The translations under genes were made by a program, and so were the position numbers. The notes under the pieces are model-generated. The model did not search any database. It was not told the origin of the DNA and saw nothing but the letters and a program-made list of their open reading frames with translations. Source: Candidatus Azambacteria bacterium (GTDB lineage: Bacteria > Patescibacteriota > Minisyncoccia > UBA10092). From it: a stretch of 64,000 nt of DNA. Positions within the stretch are counted from its first letter, which is position 1, and the number at the start of each line of letters is the position of its first letter. The stretch spans positions 38,397 to 102,396 of the forward strand of contig DMPO01000006.1 in NCBI GenBank assembly GCA_003455995.1. Direction: 5' to 3'. Shown here in pieces: positions 59,516-64,000 of the stretch.

Positions 59516-61672
59516 GGGGGCTGGTTCTAAAATTTTAGGGCAAGACAGTTGTTTTTCTTCTAAAAACCATTCCATTCTACTAAAACATTCTTTTTTTATT
59601 AATCCTTCTGGTGGAATCCAATTAACAGAATCTTTGTTATTAAGTAGGCTTCTTGTAATTTTATTCCAAATTGGTGCAGCTCCTGTTATTCCTGAGGCAA
59701 TTCTACTCATTGGTGTTCCATCATTATTTCCTACCCAAACAGCAACTAAATAATCTTTATTAAATCCAATTGTTAAATTGTCTTTTAAGTCATTACTGGT
59801 TCCAGTCTTAACTGCAACTTCAGGATGGTTTGGAATAACCAACATAGAATTTAATCCAAACGATGGAGATCTTGCTATATTATCTTTAAGTACATCTATT
59901 AACAAAAATGCAACTCTTGGATCAAGAACTTTTAAATCTTCAACATTAAATCTACTCTCCTTTTGAGATAAGAGATTCTCTTTATAATTTTTAACTTCAG
60001 TAATTACTTTAATTTCATTTTTAACTCCCATATTTGCAATAACAGAATAAACTTGTGCTAAATCTACTAATTTTACTTCTCCTCCACCCAGTGTTAATGA
60101 AAGGCCAAATCTAGATCTATCGGTCCAGGTAGTAATTCCCATTTTTTCACCCAGATCAATCATCTTACTAACCCCGTAGGAAGCCAATATTTTAACTGCT
60201 GGAATATTTCTAGATTCAGCTAGAGCTGATCTTACTGAAATCTTACCTCTATAAGTTCCATCATAGTTTTTGGGAGTGTAAGGAGGAAGTCCAGAAACTG
60301 AAAAAGTTATTGGAGAATCATCAATAGTTGAGGCAAGTGTTAAACTATTTGACAAGCTTAAAGCATAGTTTATTACTTTTATTGAAGAGCCAGGTTGTCT
60401 TAATCTTGTTGTAACATTTACATTTCCTCCGTTTTTTGTATCAAAATAATCTTTACTTCCAACCATGGCTAATACCTCACCATTTTTAGGATCAACTACT
60501 AAAACAGCTGCATTTCCTACGTTTAAATTTTTAAGTTTTTCTAACTCTTCTTTAACTACTTTTTCAGCCATTTCCTGGATTTTAAGATCAAGAGTAGTTG
60601 TAACAATTAAACCTCCTTTTAAAACCATTTCTTCACCATATTCATCAATAAGTTTTTCTCTAACATACATTACAAAATGGGGGGCTTTGATGTCAGTTTT
60701 ATTAGGAGCAAAAGTAATTCTTTCTGATAAAAAAACCTCTTCTTCTTCGGAAGTTATAAACTTGTTAACTCTCATTAGGTGTAAAACTTCTCTTTGTCTT
60801 GAAAAAGTTAGATCAGGATTTGGTCCAAAAGGGGAATATCTGGTAGGACTTTGGGGAAGCCCTGCTAATAGTGCTGACTCTGAAAGAGTTAGACTCCCAA
60901 CATCTTTTCCAAAATAAAGTCTGGCTGCTTCTTGTATTCCATATGCAGTACCTCCATAAGAAACTTCATTTAGGTACATTTCCAGTATTTGGTCTTTAGA
61001 AAAATTTAATTCAACACCGATTGATAAAATTAATTCTCTTAATTTTCTAACATATGTTTTCTCAGATGATAAAAGTGCGTTTTTAACAAGCTGTTGGGTT
61101 ATGGTTGAGCCACCATTAAGTTTTCCTTCCTTAAGATTTTTAATTGAAGCTCGAATTATTCCTCTAATTGAAAAGCCGGGATGTTGATAAAATTCAGCAT
61201 CTTCTGCGGCTAAAGTTGCAAGTCGTGTATTTTCTGGTATTTGGGATAGAGTTACTGGAGTCCTGTTTTTATCTTTGTAGATGGTATATAAAAGTTCACC
61301 GTTTCTATCATATATTTTTGTAGAAACTGATTGTTCTCTGGTAATTAAGTCTCTAGGGGAGGGAAGGCCTTTTAAAACTAAAAAGTAGAAGGTAAAAGAA
61401 AAAACTAATAGAAAAATAAAAGGCAATAATAATCTTTTTTTAATTTTAAATTTTGGTAATTTAACACTAACTTTAGGAATAGAAATTTTAATAGGTTTTA
61501 ATTTTATTTTAAAAGTTAAATTAATAATTCGTCCTATTGCATAGAAAATAAAGATAGTAGCTATTAAAATATGGGTTAGGCAAAAATAAAAAGGTTTACC
61601 TACAACAATTAAGATTTTAGTAAGTAAACTAAAGGCAGTGGTGGTTTTTTTAATTTTTCCAGCCACAGGCAT
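59498..61672 (-). CDS. Class A penicillin-binding protein (transglycosylase/transpeptidase)
   Basis: TG motifs 'EDAEFY.H.G', 'GGSTITQQL.KN', 'RK..E', 'K..ILE.YLN'; TP motifs 'QPGSSIK', 'SRN', 'KTGT'. Confidence 0.93.
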   Translation of the reverse strand: MPVAGKIKKTTTAFSLLTKILIVVGKPFYFCLTHILIATIFIFYAIGRIINLTFKIKLKPIKISIPKVSVKLPKFKIKKRLLLPFIFLLVFSFTFYFLVLKGLPSPRDLITREQSVSTKIYDRNGELLYTIYKDKNRTPVTLSQIPENTRLATLAAEDAEFYQHPGFSIRGIIRASIKNLKEGKLNGGSTITQQLVKNALLSSEKTYVRKLRELILSIGVELNFSKDQILEMYLNEVSYGGTAYGIQEAARLYFGKDVGSLTLSESALLAGLPQSPTRYSPFGPNPDLTFSRQREVLHLMRVNKFITSEEEEVFLSERITFAPNKTDIKAPHFVMYVREKLIDEYGEEMVLKGGLIVTTTLDLKIQEMAEKVVKEELEKLKNLNVGNAAVLVVDPKNGEVLAMVGSKDYFDTKNGGNVNVTTRLRQPGSSIKVINYALSLSNSLTLASTIDDSPITFSVSGLPPYTPKNYDGTYRGKISVRSALAESRNIPAVKILASYGVSKMIDLGEKMGITTWTDRSRFGLSLTLGGGEVKLVDLAQVYSVIANMGVKNEIKVITEVKNYKENLLSQKESRFNVEDLKVLDPRVAFLLIDVLKDNIARSPSFGLNSMLVIPNHPEVAVKTGTSNDLKDNLTIGFNKDYLVAVWVGNNDGTPMSRIASGITGAAPIWNKITRSLLNNKDSVNWIPPEGLIKKECFSRMEWFLEEKQLSCPKILEPAPSTTNE

Positions 61673-61710
61673 ATTATATCAAATTATGGGATAAAGTGGA
61701 TATGAGAAAG

Positions 61711-62424
61711 TTAATCTGTTAATTTAAAAGTTGAGAGGATTTGGTTTATTAAAGATTCCTGTGGCTCATTTGATGTAAAATCTGAAGTATTAAAATTAAT
61801 AACGTAGTTTTTATTTGTGGTAATTAAATAGTTACTTAAGCCAGTACTTTGTAATTTAAAATAAACAGGATCTTGAGATGCCCAAACAAAATTGTTATTT
61901 TTAATATTAAGATTAACAAAACTTACGTATTTACTAATACTTTGTGGATCTTGAGGGTCAATCTGTCTCAAAAAGTAATCTTTAGTAGGATATTTGTCAC
62001 CATTATATCCAATAATAACTGTGATAGCTTTGTTTTGATCGATTAAAGTAAACGTTGTGTTAGTAGTATCTCCTAGAATTTTAGTGTTATTTGGGTAACG
62101 AAATGAGAAACCATATTTATCACTTGTATACATCTTTGTATTTATATTTGGTTCAGGAGTTGTGTTTGGTGTAATTGTAGGTTCAATTTGGACAACTGGA
62201 GTCGGAGTTGAAGTACCTACTGTTTTTAATTCTGTTAGTTCCTTTGTTAATTTCTGTGTTTGAAATATTAGAAAACCTATTATAGTTATAGAAACAAACA
62301 AAAGAATTGATAATAAAATAGTTAGAAAATTACTTTTTTTGGGTTTTTCTGGTGTTACCATCTGTTGGTTATCAACTACAGGTATTGTTGATGTTGCTGG
62401 TATTGTAGATATTTGATTTTCCAT
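61711..62424 (-). CDS. Membrane-anchored hypothetical protein (paralog of 56125..56850)
   Basis: 'KK..FL.ILLSILL..S....GF...QTQ.L.KE.T.L', PT linker, 'YGFSF.YP', 'NQILSTFKL'. Confidence 0.7.
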   Translation of the reverse strand: MENQISTIPATSTIPVVDNQQMVTPEKPKKSNFLTILLSILLFVSITIIGFLIFQTQKLTKELTELKTVGTSTPTPVVQIEPTITPNTTPEPNINTKMYTSDKYGFSFRYPNNTKILGDTTNTTFTLIDQNKAITVIIGYNGDKYPTKDYFLRQIDPQDPQSISKYVSFVNLNIKNNNFVWASQDPVYFKLQSTGLSNYLITTNKNYVINFNTSDFTSNEPQESLINQILSTFKLTD

Positions 62425-62448
62425 ACTTTTTTAAATTATATATTTAAT

Positions 62449-64000
62449 TTATTTTAACGGATATCTGATCATTGCGCTAGAGGAAGCAATTGGACAGTTC
62501 ATACAATATATCGTTTTTAATGGATCTGTGTATGTTGGTCTATTTTGGGTTTCAATGTTTTCTGGAGGAGTATCTTTTCCTGAAATCTGTCCTGTTGTTT
62601 TATCCAACTGTAAATCTAATGGAACAATATTTGAAGTTGTTGGCACGGTTCCTTCTATAAAATATTCAAATCTTAAAGGACATCCTGCCTGGGCAGGGTC
62701 AGTTGAAAGTGGTGCTCCTCCAGTGTCTGCACAAATATTAGCTCCAACTACACCACTTGGCTGTAATGGCCAAGAGTGTCCATCATCCTCTGAATCGTAA
62801 GTTCCTTTTTCTGATCTATCAAGTGTAAATTTCATAATTTTATTCCAGATAGGAGACGCTCCTGATACTCCAGAAACTGCTCCACCCATCGGGGTGTTGT
62901 TATTATTTCCAACCCAAACAACAACAACTGCTTGTTTGGTGTAACCAACTGTCCAATTGTCTTTTCTATCATTAGTGGTACCTGTTTTAACAGATACCTC
63001 GGGATGATTCTTAACAACTAAATATGAGTTTTCTCCAAAAGCTTGGCTTCTGGCGTTATTATCGTAAAGGATGTGAGAAATTAGAAAAGTTACGGTTGAA
63101 TCAATTATCCTTTCTCCTGTTAATTTGTTATTTGAGACTTTATATTCTTCTAAAACTTTTCCTCTCCAATCGGCTACTTTAGTTATTGCAACAAGTTCTT
63201 GTTTGATTCCATCATTTGCAAAAACACCAAAAGCACTTGCCATATCGTATGGTCTTACTTCTCCACCACCTAAAGTTAACGATAGACCGTAATTTTCAGG
63301 ATCAATAAAAGTTGTTAAACCCATTTTATTTGCAAATTCAACAAAGTTTTCAAGTCCATTTAAGGCTAGTGTTCTTACGGCTGGAATATTATATGAATTA
63401 CCTAGTGCAAAACGGGTTTGAGTAAGTCCGTGATATGTTCCATCATAGTTTCTGGGGCAATAAAGAGATTGACCAGCAACTGAAAAACAAGTTGGTACAT
63501 CAGTAAAAGTTGTAGCAGCAGTAATTTTTTTATCTTTCAAAGCTAGTGCGTAGTTAATAGGTTTTATAGAAGAACCTGGTTGTCTTTTGGAAAGAATGAC
63601 ATTTACTTTTCCATCTTCATCTTCTGCAAAATAGTCTTTACTTCCAACCATTGCCAAGATTTCTCCTGTTGATGGATGAACGACAATTGCAGCACCATTT
63701 CCAACTTTTTGTTTTTTTAATTTAGCAACCTCTGTAGCTACCTGATCCTGGGCAAATTCTTGTAGGTCTAAATCAAGAGTGGTTGTGACACGAAGTCCAC
63801 CCTGTTCAACCATTCTCTCTCCATATTTTTCAACTAATTGATCTTTTACCCAAAGTGCAAAATGGGGGGCTTTGGGCGTCTCTATTTTTGCATATTTTAA
63901 TTCTTCCTTAGCTGCATTATCTGCTTCTTCTTGTGTTAAGTATTTATTATCCACCATTTGTTTTAGAACTTGGGCTTGTCTTTCCTTCGCCAGTTCTGGA
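62449..64000 (-). CDS. Class A penicillin-binding protein, second copy (5' end outside the window)
   Basis: Frame is open to the window edge (PELAKERQAQVLKQM...); 'QPGSSIK', 'SYN', 'KTGT'. Confidence 0.9.
   Translation of the reverse strand, partial: PELAKERQAQVLKQMVDNKYLTQEEADNAAKEELKYAKIETPKAPHFALWVKDQLVEKYGERMVEQGGLRVTTTLDLDLQEFAQDQVATEVAKLKKQKVGNGAAIVVHPSTGEILAMVGSKDYFAEDEDGKVNVILSKRQPGSSIKPINYALALKDKKITAATTFTDVPTCFSVAGQSLYCPRNYDGTYHGLTQTRFALGNSYNIPAVRTLALNGLENFVEFANKMGLTTFIDPENYGLSLTLGGGEVRPYDMASAFGVFANDGIKQELVAITKVADWRGKVLEEYKVSNNKLTGERIIDSTVTFLISHILYDNNARSQAFGENSYLVVKNHPEVSVKTGTTNDRKDNWTVGYTKQAVVVVWVGNNNNTPMGGAVSGVSGASPIWNKIMKFTLDRSEKGTYDSEDDGHSWPLQPSGVVGANICADTGGAPLSTDPAQAGCPLRFEYFIEGTVPTTSNIVPLDLQLDKTTGQISGKDTPPENIETQNRPTYTDPLKTIYCMNCPIASSSAMIRYPLK

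Overview
The window looks like Patescibacteria (CPR) DNA in genetic code 11, with very tight gene packing. It has two compositionally distinct parts joined inside the gap gene at about 51.25 kb. Part A (1 to ~51,270) is CpG-rich and Parcubacteria-like by inference. It is dominated by a ~46 kb cell-surface glycosylation locus. This locus holds many GT-C-type membrane glycosyltransferases, GT2 and GT4 enzymes, six class I methyltransferases and an NDP-hexose C-methyltransferase. It also holds rmlB, rmlD, a cupin, gmd, galU, a TagD-like cytidylyltransferase plus GlpT-like transporter, a flippase, an initiating phosphoglycosyltransferase and an O-antigen-ligase/TPR protein. Inside it is a divergent island encoding NeuA, a B12-radical SAM enzyme, a beta-hydroxyacid dehydrogenase, a fused transketolase, a KdsC-like phosphatase, an SDR and a short NeuB. 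This island is the best candidate here for an undescribed pathway to a modified 3-deoxy-ulosonic (Kdn-like) sugar. A second B12-radical SAM gene, a PG-binding surface protein and a dsbA-nrdH-trxB-gap block follow. Part B (~51,270 to 64,000) is AT-rich and CpG-poor, Microgenomates-like by inference. It carries LOG, split transketolase, class I aldolase, PfkB, a D-2-hydroxyacid dehydrogenase, a class A beta-lactamase-like protein, two class A PBPs and a paralogous family of membrane-anchored proteins. Non-coding signals include a boxA-like motif in Shine-Dalgarno-led leaders, back-to-back leaderless promoters, long perfect palindromes, a DnaA box and intragenic 7-nt tandem repeats. I saw no rRNA, tRNA, CRISPR array or transposase. 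All family calls come from motif recognition by eye, not database searches.
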